A stretch of DNA of 64,000 nt from the NCBI GenBank assembly GCA_012295275.1, contig CM022672.1, positions 20,956,001 to 21,020,000 on the forward strand, given 5' to 3'. This DNA comes from Chrysomallon squamiferum. Its lineage: Eukaryota > Animalia > Mollusca. Numbering within the stretch: the stretch's first letter is position 1; each line of letters begins with the position of its first letter. The notes under the pieces are model-generated. The model had not been told where the DNA came from. It made no database searches and worked only from the letters and a program-made list of their open reading frames with translations. Below are positions 49,128 to 64,000 of the stretch, piece by piece. Both the position numbers and the translations under genes were made by a program.

Positions 49128-51652
49128 GAAAAAAAACAACAACAATAACAAAAAAACAACAAAACATTTCGTTCATAAAGATGCAAACATAAAATACAGG
49201 TTTATCAGCCATTTTGGTTATCTACATAGAAATTCTTGGGTACGAACGTTTTTATATAAACTTGACAACGGGGAAGTCACGTTAAATTCATTTCTTTAGT
49301 ATTTCGCCATTTTCTATAAACTTTCATGACATGAAGTACAAAATGTTCAAAAAAGATTTTATTTTTACGTTTTGTTTTAAAATTAAAAATTAAAAATTAA
49401 AAAAAAAAATCTACTTTTTAGTTTCTTGAAATATATTTACAAAACATAATTTGTTGAATTAATAATATATAAAATGTATGTAATATAAAATACGTAAAAT
49501 AAATATGTAATGAAGTTTTCGATAAAGATATTTAATAATAATAAATAAATAAGACAAAGAGCTGCCAACGTACCCGTATTTTGCAAAATCAGTCAAAAAT
49601 GTAATAAGTATGTCAGATATCTCCTTTTCTGAAGGTGGAACAGTGGCATTAGCCGACCCAACAAAAACTTTCATCTGAAATTTCGCAAAACCGAACGTAT
49701 ATACGAGATCCATGCCGTGAATCATCCCTGAAAAAATAACAAGTTCACTGACTTAATCAATAACATTCAACATAAAAGGCTAGTTAATTTACATTATGGA
49801 TATAAATCTTGATTTATTTTTTTTCAAAACATTTCCGATATTGATAAATATTAAGAAGTTATCTCTTTTTTTTTCTGAATATTTTCTTTCCATGCAGTTC
49901 TTTTTCTTCCTATAATAATAATAATTATTATCATTAATATCATGATTATCATCAAGATCATCATTAATTTACCTTTGAAAGGATATTTAACCAGTTTTTG
50001 ATCATGGTTGAATAAGTAGAGATATGTCTTGCCATTTCCTAGAACTGCAGAATGTGACATTGCAATATCTATAGTCGCCGTCACAAACATATCTGTGATG
50101 AATTTAACTGCTGGATCTCTGCTGATAGTCACTGCATTGAGCTTGTAAGGGTAAACGTATTCAAATGTGACTGTGTCCAACATTTCTTCACTCTGAATTC
50201 CATAGCGATTTTTCAAATGTGGTGTTATAAGAACTGATTGAAATTTTCTTAATGTTTTGAATGATTTGGCGTCTGAAGTTTTGAAAATACTGTCAAATTT
50301 TTGTAATAAAAAATAGAAAGCACCGCCCTCAATGTTATTTACCGATACCATTATATCAGCATCTGGGAAACTGGTTTCCTGTAAATACGTGCGGTCACCA
50401 AGCAAGTGGAAGAGTGGTCGTGGAAGAAAATCTCCATCAACGGTGGGTGAGAAAAAGAAATCAAAAGCTCCAGATTTCATACCATCGCCAAGAAACAACG
50501 AAGCATTGTATACTGTTCTCGCGTCTTTGGTTTTCAAACACTTCAAAATGTTGGTGTGAAGTGTTTTGTTAGAAAAAATCGAAGATTTGGATGGAAAGCA
50601 GTCAACCATTTTGGCAAGAGCGTACGTAACAGGTCTTTGGTTTTCTTTTGTGCAGTAATATCCACTCTGAGATACCGCTCTTTTAAACAGTCCTTTGCTT
50701 TTCAACGAAACAAGATGCAAATTAACGCTGCACGCCCCAGCAGATTCTCCAAATATGGTCACACTATTTGGATTTCCACCAAAATAGAAAATGTTTTCTT
50801 TGACCCATTGCAGAGCCACGTGCTGGTCCCATAGACCGTAATTTCCTGGAATTACGTCATCTGACGTGCTGAGAAAACCAAAGGGACCGAGCCGATACTG
50901 AATTGCCACAAATATAATGTCGCCGTTGATGGCAAGGCTGGAGCCGTCGAACTGTTTTGCTTTTCCAGTATTGAAGCCTCCTCCGTGAATCCAAACCATG
51001 ACAGATTTGGGATTGTGAGAAGAGTGAACTTCAGGAGTATAGATATCCAGAAACAGACAGTCTTCAGCCCCTTCCACGCGTCCATTTTCAAATATCATCA
51101 CCTAGTTAAACAGGAGAAAATGTTAAAAATTGTATGTTAAAAATTACAGCGTTTGACAGTATATTGCATTTTGTATCAATAACAAACGTCTAGAACAGAT
51201 TCAGGTAAAATAACGATATTTTCCAATTTATAACACTCATTTAAGCAGGTAAAACAATAAAAATAATAAATTCAGTAAAAAAAAAAAAAAAACATAAATG
51301 TATCTTTTTATTTTCTTTATTTCAACACATAGTTGAATATATTCTCATAATAGGCCTATTGTCATACATAACAACAATTATGTTTGAACTTTTACTTATG
51401 TACCTAGAAATAAAACCGGTAGAACTGCATTTCAGCACGGTTATCATACATGATATCCACTGTTTACCTTGAACAATAAATGTATTCGTTACCAAAGAAA
51501 AATGATCGTACAAACAAGATGTTTACAAAAGGTAAAGTAAGACTGGTGACATATTTTCATGTAGATTAATCTCGTAGATTCAATTTCTAGGCAAGCTTAT
51601 ATTTATATACTGAGTTTATCGTGTTTATTTGTATGTTAAATATGAAATAAAC

Positions 51653-51689
<37 letters not shown>

Positions 51690-51889
51690 AATAATAATAA
51701 TAATAATAAATAAATAAATACATTAATAAAAATAATAATAACAATTGTAATAGCAGAAGTAATTCAAACATATATAGTAACTGTTTATATAGAAAGCACA
51801 AGTATAAGGACATAATTAAAGGTAACTGAGTACCAATCTAAGAAAAAAATAGTATTTTTTTATTATTATTATTATTTTTAATTTTTATT

Positions 51890-51922
<33 letters not shown>

Positions 51923-52383
51923 TTTTTTTTCCAGTGCTTTAAATTTAAGTATATGTCGTTCCGGTGATGATCTTGGTTGAATAATCTAATTTTATCGTAC
52001 ACTTTAAGCTTAAAAATTGTTATTTAATTTAAGCAACTGCTCCTTCATACAAACAAACATACAAATAAGCACAAAACCAACAACGATATAGAATAATATT
52101 ATTAGCACCAAAACTGCAATTAAAACAACGTCCTCACCTGAATACATCCATTTCTGGAGTAAGTCGCGTTGTACGAACCAGCCAACTTTGGTTCTTTAAC
52201 TGGTTTGCTGAATCTATCGGATCTCGCAAAACGTATCCCTAAAAATGCATGATACGTCTTCCCTTCTGCTGATAAAGCAGTTTTTCCCAAATATGTTCCT
52301 TTTTCGGTGAATACGCTGGTTTCCCCTGCCTCGCAGACATTGAATAAAGACACACCTAAAATAAACAGACGTAAGAAAATCAT
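48780..52383 (-). CDS. Carboxylesterase type B (cholinesterase-like alpha/beta hydrolase), about 607 aa
   Basis: Exons 52383-52138 (signal peptide, FLGIRFA), 51101-49973 (EDCLFLDIY, WIHGGGF, GNYGLWDQ, FGESAG, NNIEGG), 49727-49574 (HGMDL), 49074-48780 (hydrophobic C-terminus); phases 0,1,2 are consistent. Ser-Glu-His triad present. Confidence 0.94.
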
Positions 52384-52824
52384 TGCTGGCGAGGAGCAGA
52401 TAATCACTTGACAGCAAAAGTCAGTGAGTGAGATATGTAAATGCAAATTATGTGAAGTTTGATCAAGGTTAGTCTAGATTTTTTATGACGAGCGCGGTTT
52501 TTTTTTTTTTTTTTTAGCACTGCCGTCTGGAGAATAATTTTGATTGAAAAACCAAGTCAGTGGAAATTAGTTCATAAGCTGAAATCGAGCCAGTGTTTAT
52601 TCGGACCAGTGATTTGTACCCAAACATCTTATTTGAAAGCAGTGGAATGTGGACCTGTAGCGGGGAAAATAATAATAATACAGCTGATGGTCAAAAAATC
52701 AAAATTAAATAAATAAATAAAACATCAAATAATCTTAAAGTTAAAAATAAATAAATAAAATTAAACGTATTTACTGAGGAATCACTGAATAATTAATTCA
52801 AATCAAATTCATTATAGTTAGTTA

Positions 52825-53640
52825 CCGTATATACTTGTGTATAAGTCGAATTTTTGGGAGACTATATTAAGGTAATATTTTGGGGGTCGACTTATACATA
52901 GGTAATGCTTTTGTAGCTGTTGCTGAAGAGTCGCCATTTTGACTATTTTTTGCTACGGGATGCATCTAAAATAATCGCGGTCTTTCAGCTTTTCAAAAAT
53001 AAAATTTTATCATATAAAAAATTTGGAAAAATTAAATAACAAAACCAAATATGAATGTAAAACATGATATTCTTCCGTTTAATGACATAAAAATTCATTT
53101 TAGAGAAAACCGTCAGTACGGCGTTATGCCTTACGGCGTCTTGCAATGATCTAGGAATGCAGGCTTTCTGCCAAATTGCACTAAATATCGGAATTTGAAA
53201 ACAAAACTCTTTTAATTGTAAAGAATTTGGTGAAATAATATTGCAATCGTCATTAATATCCACTACCGACAAATCGAAAACAATATAAATTTATATAAAC
53301 GTTCTGCAACAAAAATAGTTCAATTCTCGCCATATTTGTTATTTAGTTTAATGCGCGAAGCCTCGGCCAATTAGCGCGCTAGGAATAGGATCGGGGGCGT
53401 GTCTTAGCAAGTTTCGATAGAAAAAAAAATATTGCTGAGGTTCCGAAATTATCTTACTTTGAATTGCACGTGCAAGTTATGTTACAGTAGGCGTACAATG
53501 TAGGCCTTCATGGCACAGTCACACTGGTCTAAAAATAGTGACGGTGCCTGGAATCTACAGTCGACTTTACACAAGTAATATAAAATGACGCAATTTGTTG
53601 TTTAAAAACACATCGTAATAAGGTCAATTTATATATACGG
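52825..53640. mobile_element. Tc2/pogo-type non-autonomous element (MITE, 816 bp)
   Basis: Termini TA-CCGTATATA...TATATACGG-TA, with subterminal TATAAGTCGA / TCGACTTATA motifs typical of pogo/Tc2-like elements. Confidence 0.7.
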
Positions 53641-54502
53641 TAACTTAAAATACCGGTAACGAATAGCATGTCAAGGGAGATAAATCTTGATCTTGTTTTA
53701 CAACAACATAATGAAAATAATCTATGGATTATGTTCGCTGAGACAAGATCTAATATTCTGAACTTACTATGTTAATTATTCGAAATTTTTTCCATTTAAA
53801 CTGTTTTGAATTCATTTACCCCAAACTGAATCTGAAAATATATCTTTTTTATGATTAGTATTTTTTTGTAAATAATAAAAGAATATATATATATATATAT
53901 ACATTTTAATTTTTATTTAATTTAATTCTGTCCATATAACTTGAAAACATGAAATTTGTAAAATACTTTATTGATCAAGTCTTTCTTGATCTTCAGATAA
54001 TAATTATGTTATTACTGTTTCAATATATTATTTAGGTTTATTATTTAAAACAGATGTAAACAGACAATTTATTAATGTAACTTCTCTTGACATACAGGCA
54101 TAACTATGTCAGTTATCCATGAATCATGGCAGACATCCTTTTTCTTTAAGAAAGAAAAACATATATAAAACGTTGTGAATTACAAAAAAAAGTGTAATCA
54201 TATGTGTAAATATATGTATGTACGTATGTATGTATGTGTATACCTTTGTCTGTCTGTATATGTATATATTGTCTCTCTGTGTGTATCTATGAGTCTGTAT
54301 GTATGAATGTAGATAATTAGATATGAATTTGAATTTTTCAAACAAAATATAAAACAAACAAACAAACAAATAAAAACAAATGGAGGTATGCTTCGATATC
54401 CATTTCAATTTTGGATTAGTAATCAGTAAATGTTATTTATCAGATGTTTGTTTTTGACGTGTGTTTATTATGGTTACGATAATACATCAGTTGGAAGCAC
54501 AA

Positions 54503-54643
54503 TTACAGATTAATATTAAACATTAATATATATATATATTAATGTTTAATATTAATTTGTAAAATATTATACATGAAACTACGTTTATTGTAAGGATATA
54601 TATATATATCCTTACAATAAACGTAGTTTCATGTATAATATTT
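54503..54643. repeat. Two adjacent (AT)n-centred palindromes
   Basis: 54503-54562 is a 60-bp palindrome with one mismatched pair; 54562-54643 is a perfect 82-bp palindrome (34-bp arms around (AT)7). Confidence 0.92.
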
Positions 54644-55653
54644 CTGAAAAAAAAAAATTGCTTTTCTTTTTAATACCCTTCAATAACAGCTATATCAAGT
54701 ATTATACCTGTAGTATTTTCTTTTGTCTCCATTTATCGTATTTTGGCACAAGCACATAACCACTTAACATATGCTATATTTATATTAACTCCTACTTCTT
54801 CACCAGTGAATGAAATCTGTCGGGATAATTTTGGTATCTTTCACCAATTCATAATTTGTAAATAATTAAATAAATATATCAAGATATTAAATAGTATTTA
54901 TTAACTAATTTTAATTTTGTTTTTTCAAAGCAGTAATTTTACACTCTACTAATAAGAGTTACATGACCGACGAAGCTTTTCCTGTCGAGAGATCATGTTT
55001 GCTAGAGAAAACGATCCATTTCCTTCATATGTGCCAAGTCTGTCAATTGCTGTGTTCTGATTAACAGTAAAGGGGGCGTATATCCTACTGACTTTATTGC
55101 AAACGCTGAGGAATGTAATATACTTTGTTTATATTTCACTTGGATCACTGATGTTACGGTAAACGAAAAGATTAATTGTTTATCTCTTCGTCCGTCTCAC
55201 TCTAGCTCTCTCTGACATTTTTTTTTAATTTATGTTATTCAGACATATATATATATATATCCAAAAAATTAAAATTAAAAACAGAATATCCTGTTTATTA
55301 TATATCCAATATCCTGTTATAATTTCAAACAACAACAGTTTTACATATTGTGTCTGGCGTGTTAATGCTTATACACCTCTAAATATCTGCTGCCCATCAC
55401 TAAAGCTGAGTAGTATAATTAAACCCGCTAACATTTGCGTCACAGAATAAACGACTCGCGCCACAGCTAAGAATCGAATCATTCTGACCGCTGGCGTCGT
55501 TTTTATTAACACCAGTACCAGCCACGGACCTCATTACTGAAAACATTCAGTCGCATTTCTACTGCCATTCATTGTGACAGTGTGTTTTCTGCTCGCTCCT
55601 GTTAGTGGTGAGCAAAAATAGTTCACTGTTCAATACTTCTTTCTTTTCTATAT

Positions 55654-55688
<35 letters not shown>

Positions 55689-55983
55689 TTTTTTTTTTTT
55701 TTTTTAATCTCTTTTCGTTTTATTATTAAAAAAAAAAAAAAAAAAATATATTTTTTTTTTTTAAAACTAGCTACTTCATATTTCCTAAATGTCATCTTGA
55801 AGAGAAACAAATTACAGTTTTCATATTTCCACAATTTCAGTTTTTAAAATACATATTTGTACATGGTTTTATACAACTTGGTGCTGGTGTCTCTGTTTCG
55901 TGTGGACGTTTTTAAAGATCTGGTGATGACTTACTTGGATGTTAGAAACTGACTGATTCCGATCACTGCTGGCAGCTTTCACA

Positions 55984-58102
<2,119 letters not shown>

Positions 58103-58726
58103 ATTTTCTGACATTAGTATTAGCAACCAAGACATATTAAAATGAAACAAAATAAAATATTTTATTATCTCACGATGGCATTTCTGCTGCAAGAATGGCT
58201 TTATATTATATAAGAGTTGGTTTTAAACAACGCACTATTTTTTCCGATTTTTAGTTATCATCTGTTTTAACATTTGTAATATAAAGAAACTATTAAAATC
58301 ATTGTGGCTGTTGTATTACTTCTGTTTTTTTTTAAATTATTTCTTTAAATTATTGATAGATATATGACAGAAAGACTGACACACTAACAGATAGTGAAAC
58401 GTCCTGTGAGGCCTAAGGACGTCTATGACTGCATTCTTCGTAGCTATACTCTGTTCTTTTCTTTTTTTTAAATTGATAATCTTTAGTGTGTCTGCATTAA
58501 GTGAAGTTGACAGTTATAAACAATTATAATCATTACCGCACCTTATTAATATGATCACATATTTCATAACTGCTTTCAGTCTCTGAGTTCATTATCTTTT
58601 ATGTTATAGATAATGCCATTGATAAATGTACTTCGTACTGACCAGAGATGATATATATACAACGAAAATATTCGTTTATTTATTGTCAGACAGATAACGG
58701 AGACGCTCTGCAACGAATATTTCAAA

Positions 58727-59129
58727 ATGGAAAAGTCATTGTTTTTCTTTTTGTTTCTGTCATTCTGTATACCTGGTAAGTACATCACACACACTCATGC
58801 ACATAACCCACACACATACATAAATACACACAAACACGCGCGCACGCACACACACACACACACAAACACACACAATTACATACACATACAAACACATACA
58901 CATAAACACGCATAAATATACAAATACATATATATATATATATCCTAGGCATTCGCTTATATATAAATAGATACACTCACACTATCTGAGTTTAAACTTG
59001 CTATGCAACTGTTGTGTGATCATGTTAGAATTACGTAATCTGTGTTATTATTATCGTTGTTGTTGTAAGTATCTTCATAATCATTATAATTATCATCATC
59101 ATCATTATCATCATTATTACTACTACTAC

Positions 59130-59190
<61 letters not shown>

Positions 59191-61229
59191 GCTGTTGTTG
59201 TTGTTACATAATTTTATAATGATATGCAAGAGAAACCACTATTAATTTTCTCACGATCACTTTCATACATTAGCATCAAGTGATGTCAAATACTGACAAG
59301 GAAAGAAAAATATTTTACATTTTTGTTAGATACGTAGTTTCTAGAAACCAAGATGGCAGCAAAATCTAATATATATATATGTGTATAATATTTATTGAAG
59401 TGCATGGCTACATCTGCGATGACTTGTTCACTGGCGACTGCGACAACTGCTGTGATATCCACACGTGCTGTGACGGGTAAATCCTTACTGAAAATCGTCA
59501 GACCATAACGCATGTTTTTATTATAAACAAATATACACACTTACGCATGCATAGAAACATATACAAATATACATTCATAGATAGATAGATAGATATATAC
59601 ATATGCTAAAGTCAGTCTGTTAAACTAGTCATTATGAGTAATTATACAAAATATCTATACAGATAAGACAAGAATACATTTATTTAAGTAATTCACAGGA
59701 CATCATCATTTTGTTGTTTTGTTTGATTTTTTACAACGTCTAGAACAGTTCATTTTTTTAAAAATGTACAGCTATTGAATAGAACAGGCACTTTTTTTTA
59801 AGAATCGAAAATTTCCGTTTAGATTTTTTATTTTGTACACTAATTGTGTACATACTATAATGATCTAAACCTGCGCTTCATTTTATAGACAATTTTAATT
59901 ATTAAACCCTAACTGCTTTTAGAACTTACCCATCAGAACAAAGGAAACTTAAATGTTCAGATATATTATACGTTAATACAATACACACATAGAACAAATG
60001 GTAGGTAAGATAGAGTGAGTTTGGCTTGAATGTCCAAAACATCTTAATGCATTACTTAGCTGTTACATGCAGTGAAGGAAATAGATTTTATGAATTATGG
60101 ACAGATGGCCTCTATACGCTAAGGTCTGTAGGGCTGAAGGGATGAACGCCATAAAAGAAAATTGTAATGTAAAAATGCAATTTGTTATTGTGGGGAGATA
60201 ATAGAAAAAAATATTTAATTATATATTACCTAACCTAATTCCGGCCTAAAGAAACAATTTCTAATTCAAGAAGAGTGAGTCTAATTTACAGAGGATAAAT
60301 GCAGTGTACCAGTACCGTACAAGTTTCAGTACCGATTTACCGAGACCAGTCTAACCACCTAACAAGACTCCCAGCGCGCACGTTTCGTGTATATTCAGTA
60401 GAGAAATACTGATTGTTTTTTTTTTTTTTTTTTTTATCTTTGCTACGTAACTTAATAAATGTATAATTTATGAAAGCTAATTGAAATAAGCAGATATAAT
60501 TATAGAAACTGAACAGCTTAATTTTAATTGTTAAAAAATTAACAAAAAAAAGAACTGATCATAAATTGGAAAGAATGCCGTCCCCCATGCATACTTCCCA
60601 TTTTTGTCATATTTATATTGATCACTGAGCATAATATCCAGAAAGTACATTTCATTGTTCTTACATGTAATCTCTGCATGTAATTAAACCTTGATCTTTA
60701 AAACACATGCAGGCTTCAGATACACTTTATAGTTTTTTAGGACAATCTATGTCATAGAAAGCAATCCATTTAATGAAATGACTGAATTTTTTAGGCTTTC
60801 ACGAAAGGACTGATTTCACAGATTGGCTATATGCAGATGTACATACACAGATTGGCTATAAGTACATATACATACACATACATATATTTCGAAATAATAT
60901 TTTGATTATCTGTCTTTTAATTGTGTTTTTTTGTGTGTTTTTTTTCAGCCTGTCAGTCGTACAGTACGTTGTCATTGGAGTCTGTGCTTTAATTTTCGGT
61001 CTTATCGTTGCCGTCGTCATAATTTGTTGTTATAAAAGGGCTACATCAGTCATCGCAAGAAGACAAGGATACGTCAGACAACCCGACGGTAAGACTTAGT
61101 TCTGTTAGTTACTAATAGTTTTTAACAGAGATTTTAAAAATAGATTTACATACATAAGTAGGTACACACACATACATACATACATACATACATACATACA
61201 TTACATACATACATATATACATACATACA

Positions 61230-61282
<53 letters not shown>

Positions 61283-61317
61283 TCAAACATACATACACTA
61301 CATACATATATATTTAA

Positions 61318-61356
<39 letters not shown>

Positions 61357-61571
61357 GACACATCTACAAACGTTCAGAGAGAGCAAGAGAGAAAGTGATT
61401 CCTTGCCCTTGTTGTGATACGTGTATTATTTTTTATTTGAATATGCAGTCGTATTGTTCGTTTTGGTTTTGATTTTCTGTCTCCTTTTTTTCTTTAGTTT
61501 TTGTGGTACAGTCTTCGCAGCAGCAGCAGCAGGCACCAGTAATGATGTTTCCACCTCCATACTGTCCGTGA
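58727..61571 (+). CDS. STMC6-type (WBP1/VOPP1/TMEM92/CYYR1/Shisa-like) single-TM protein with PPPY motif, 112 aa
   Basis: Exons 58727-58775 (signal peptide MEKSLFFFLFLSFCIP), 59401-59476 (ICDDLFTGDCDNCCDIHTCCDG = C-C-CC-CC), 60949-61088 (TM ending IICCYKR), 61498-61571 (QQQQQAPVMMFPPPYCP*); phases 1,2,1 are consistent. Confidence 0.85.
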
Positions 61572-61980
61572 TATCACAATATAATAAAAAAGACAGCTGT
61601 GAAAGAACGAACAGAAAATGAATATAATTAAAAATAAAATGATTTGTAAACATAAATGTAGCGTATAAAAAAAAAAAAAAAAGAAGTTAAGATCAAATTT
61701 AATTTTAAATATATATCTAAATCTGGTGAAATTTATGTATATATATATATAATTTATATTTCAACATTATATTAATATCATAAAAATCTACGATCAGTTT
61801 TAATTTTGGAATAATGTACTTCATTGAATGGTGTTTTTTTTTTTCTTTTCTTAAATTATTGGGTTGTAATGAAAGTATCTAAGAAACTACACGAATTATC
61901 ATCAGCAGCATGTTTAAGTCAGCCTTGACAGAAAATAATATTTTATTATTCAGATTTTATCGAATCACTTGTAGCAACCG

Positions 61981-62040
<60 letters not shown>

Positions 62041-62188
62041 GGTAGTACTAGTATCAGTAGTAGTAATAAATAAATAAATAAAATAAAATAAAGATTTCTG
62101 ATACTGATCTGACATTGACTTAAGTTATCTTTATATACTGTTTGAATAAAATAAGATCCCTTCGATAATTTATTTATTTATTATATTA

Positions 62189-62250
<62 letters not shown>

Positions 62251-62568
62251 TGTCCAGTATATTTAACAAAAAGAAAAGGAAGAATAATTATCATCGAATC
62301 AGTTAAAAGAAAAGAAAAAAGAATATATATTAGACGGTTACTTTATCGTGTAATTAAAATGATTGAAATGATTAATTTAAATTAGTATCCGTAGCAACAC
62401 TATACGATGGGTAAAACAAATGAGCATCGCTATAACAAAAATGAAAGAAAAACAAAAACGAACACACAAGCAAACTTGTTATGAACTTTAATATATTTTC
62501 ACAGATGCACATACTACTAAAAACTATGAATTAATGTCTAATTAGAGTTATCCTTCTCTCTGGATCGT

Positions 62569-63158
62569 TCAAGCAGTGATGCCGAAGTCCTGTGGAGCGC
62601 CGTAATAAACATCTTGTCTGGCGGATTCCGGAACGAAAGTGAAGCGGCGAACAACGTGGTAGTAGGGTCTTGTATTGCAGCGGATCTCAATCTGTGGGTA
62701 TCCTTGGTAACAGTTACCGCATAGAGTCGCCGTGTATCCGTAACCAGCATTGATATATCCGACGTAGTCGACCGACTTAACCGTTGTTACCGGAACTACC
62801 CGAACGAAAGGCAACGCCATAAATTCTGTTTTAGCAGAGGTGTAGGTTCCTCGTTTGTAGAAGTCATGTACAACACAGTTGTAGTCCGGCTGTTGGTAGT
62901 ACAGCTGTGTGCGGACGATACTACTTTGACCGCAGTTATTCTCGATGTGGTAACGGCCTGGAGTGAATGACCGAATAAACGACTGGATCCGGGTACTCGC
63001 GTAGGCATAGTTACTGTAAGACTGGGCGTAACCAGCGTATCCGCCTATCCAGGGGAGAAGACGAGACCCTCCGATATAGGGAAAAGGATTGTAGCCGGGG
63101 AAACCAAAATTTGTGTAACCAAAACTTCGCTTCTTCCGGTCAGCTCGAGGTTCCTCTT
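62569..63158 (-). CDS. Terminal exon of an uncharacterised, probably secreted Gly/Tyr-rich protein with an RKKR furin site; upstream exons not identified
   Basis: ttcag acceptor at 63159, then a stop-free, CpG-rich 590-nt frame: EEPRADRKKRSFGYTNFGFPGYNPFPYIGGSRLLPWIGGYAGYAQSYSNYAY...NCGQSS...CGNCYQGYPQIEIRCN...QDFGITA*. Confidence 0.8.
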
Positions 63159-63911
63159 CTGAAATTAAATCAAATATATCAATTTAGTAATAACTGTATA
63201 TAATGTATAATATATAATGATTTGTACCTAATTACAGTCATAACTGTAGTATAAAAACAACTATTAATAGCGAATTTCTAATCCTGATAAGAAAAATAAT
63301 GATGTTTACATCAGTCATTACTAATACTGGACACGCAGAAAAAAAAGATGAATTTTTTTGTTGCATTTTTAATAGTAATAGTAAAACCAGAAAGAGAAAT
63401 GTAAAATTCTGTTTAGAAATGAATCGTTATCAACAACTTGAAGCAACTGTAGACATGTGCGTCGATAGTTAATTTGCTTCTTCTATATTGAAGTCACTTT
63501 ATATTACACTGAGATGTCTTCTTTACTTAATTGTATTCACCATCAGCTAGAAAGAAAAGTAACTGTGATTGTTGTAGTTTCTAGTAGTTATAATGGTAGT
63601 GGCTCTTATAGGAATGGTTGTAAGGGGAGTAGCATAGTAATAGTAGAACTAATACTATAAGTAATAGTAGAATTATTGGTATTAGTAACTGTAGTAGTAC
63701 TAGTAGTGGTGGTAATGGTAGTGTTAATAATGACAGTGGTAGCAGTAGTAGCAGCAGTAATGGTAGCTTACAGCTCTATTATATCTGTAATAATATAACT
63801 TTCAAGAAGGTAAAAAAAAAAAAAAAATGTTAAACAGAATATTTTTAACACAAACTTATAGAAATAATATTGTGTCAAAGACATTGTTCAGTTTACCATT
63901 AAATCAAAAAG

Positions 63912-63954
<43 letters not shown>

Positions 63955-64000
63955 TGATGATGATGAAAATAATAGTAGTTATAGTAGTAATAGTAAAGAT

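Noticed and set aside
60190-60405. Possible Helitron/HINE-like fragment (also about 56160-56350)
   Set aside because: Only a vague resemblance to common invertebrate repeats; termini could not be defined.

Overview
AT-rich, microsatellite-dense, intron-rich animal genomic DNA (invertebrate, probably lophotrochozoan/mollusc; taxon is an inference). Splicing exons by hand gives: the 3' half of a mitochondrial-type valyl-tRNA synthetase (+, 426-6950); an EGF-FN3-TM membrane protein (+, 13441-15200); a 15-exon SLC5/SGLT-type sodium:solute symporter (-, 16328-24016) with a GC-AG intron and a 1-nt frameshift; a class A GPCR (-, 26765-28227) broken by two apparent +1 frameshifts in ICL3; a single-pass Pro/Gln/Tyr-tailed protein (-, 41812-45564); a type-B carboxylesterase (-, 48780-52383); an 89-aa single-pass microprotein (+, 55984-58102); a minimal 112-aa six-cysteine (STMC6, WBP1/VOPP1/Shisa-like) PPPY adaptor (+, 58727-61571); and the last exon of a furin-site, Gly/Tyr-rich protein (-, 62569-63158). 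Other elements: Tigger and Tc2/pogo-type non-autonomous transposons, a hAT transposase fossil, a 3'UTR segment duplicated into a VARS intron, back-to-back (AT)n-centred palindromes, and a candidate spliced antisense transcript interleaved with VARS. Most ORF-track entries are microsatellite artefacts. No rRNA, tRNA or CRISPR was recognised. All homology calls come from remembered family motifs, not database searches.
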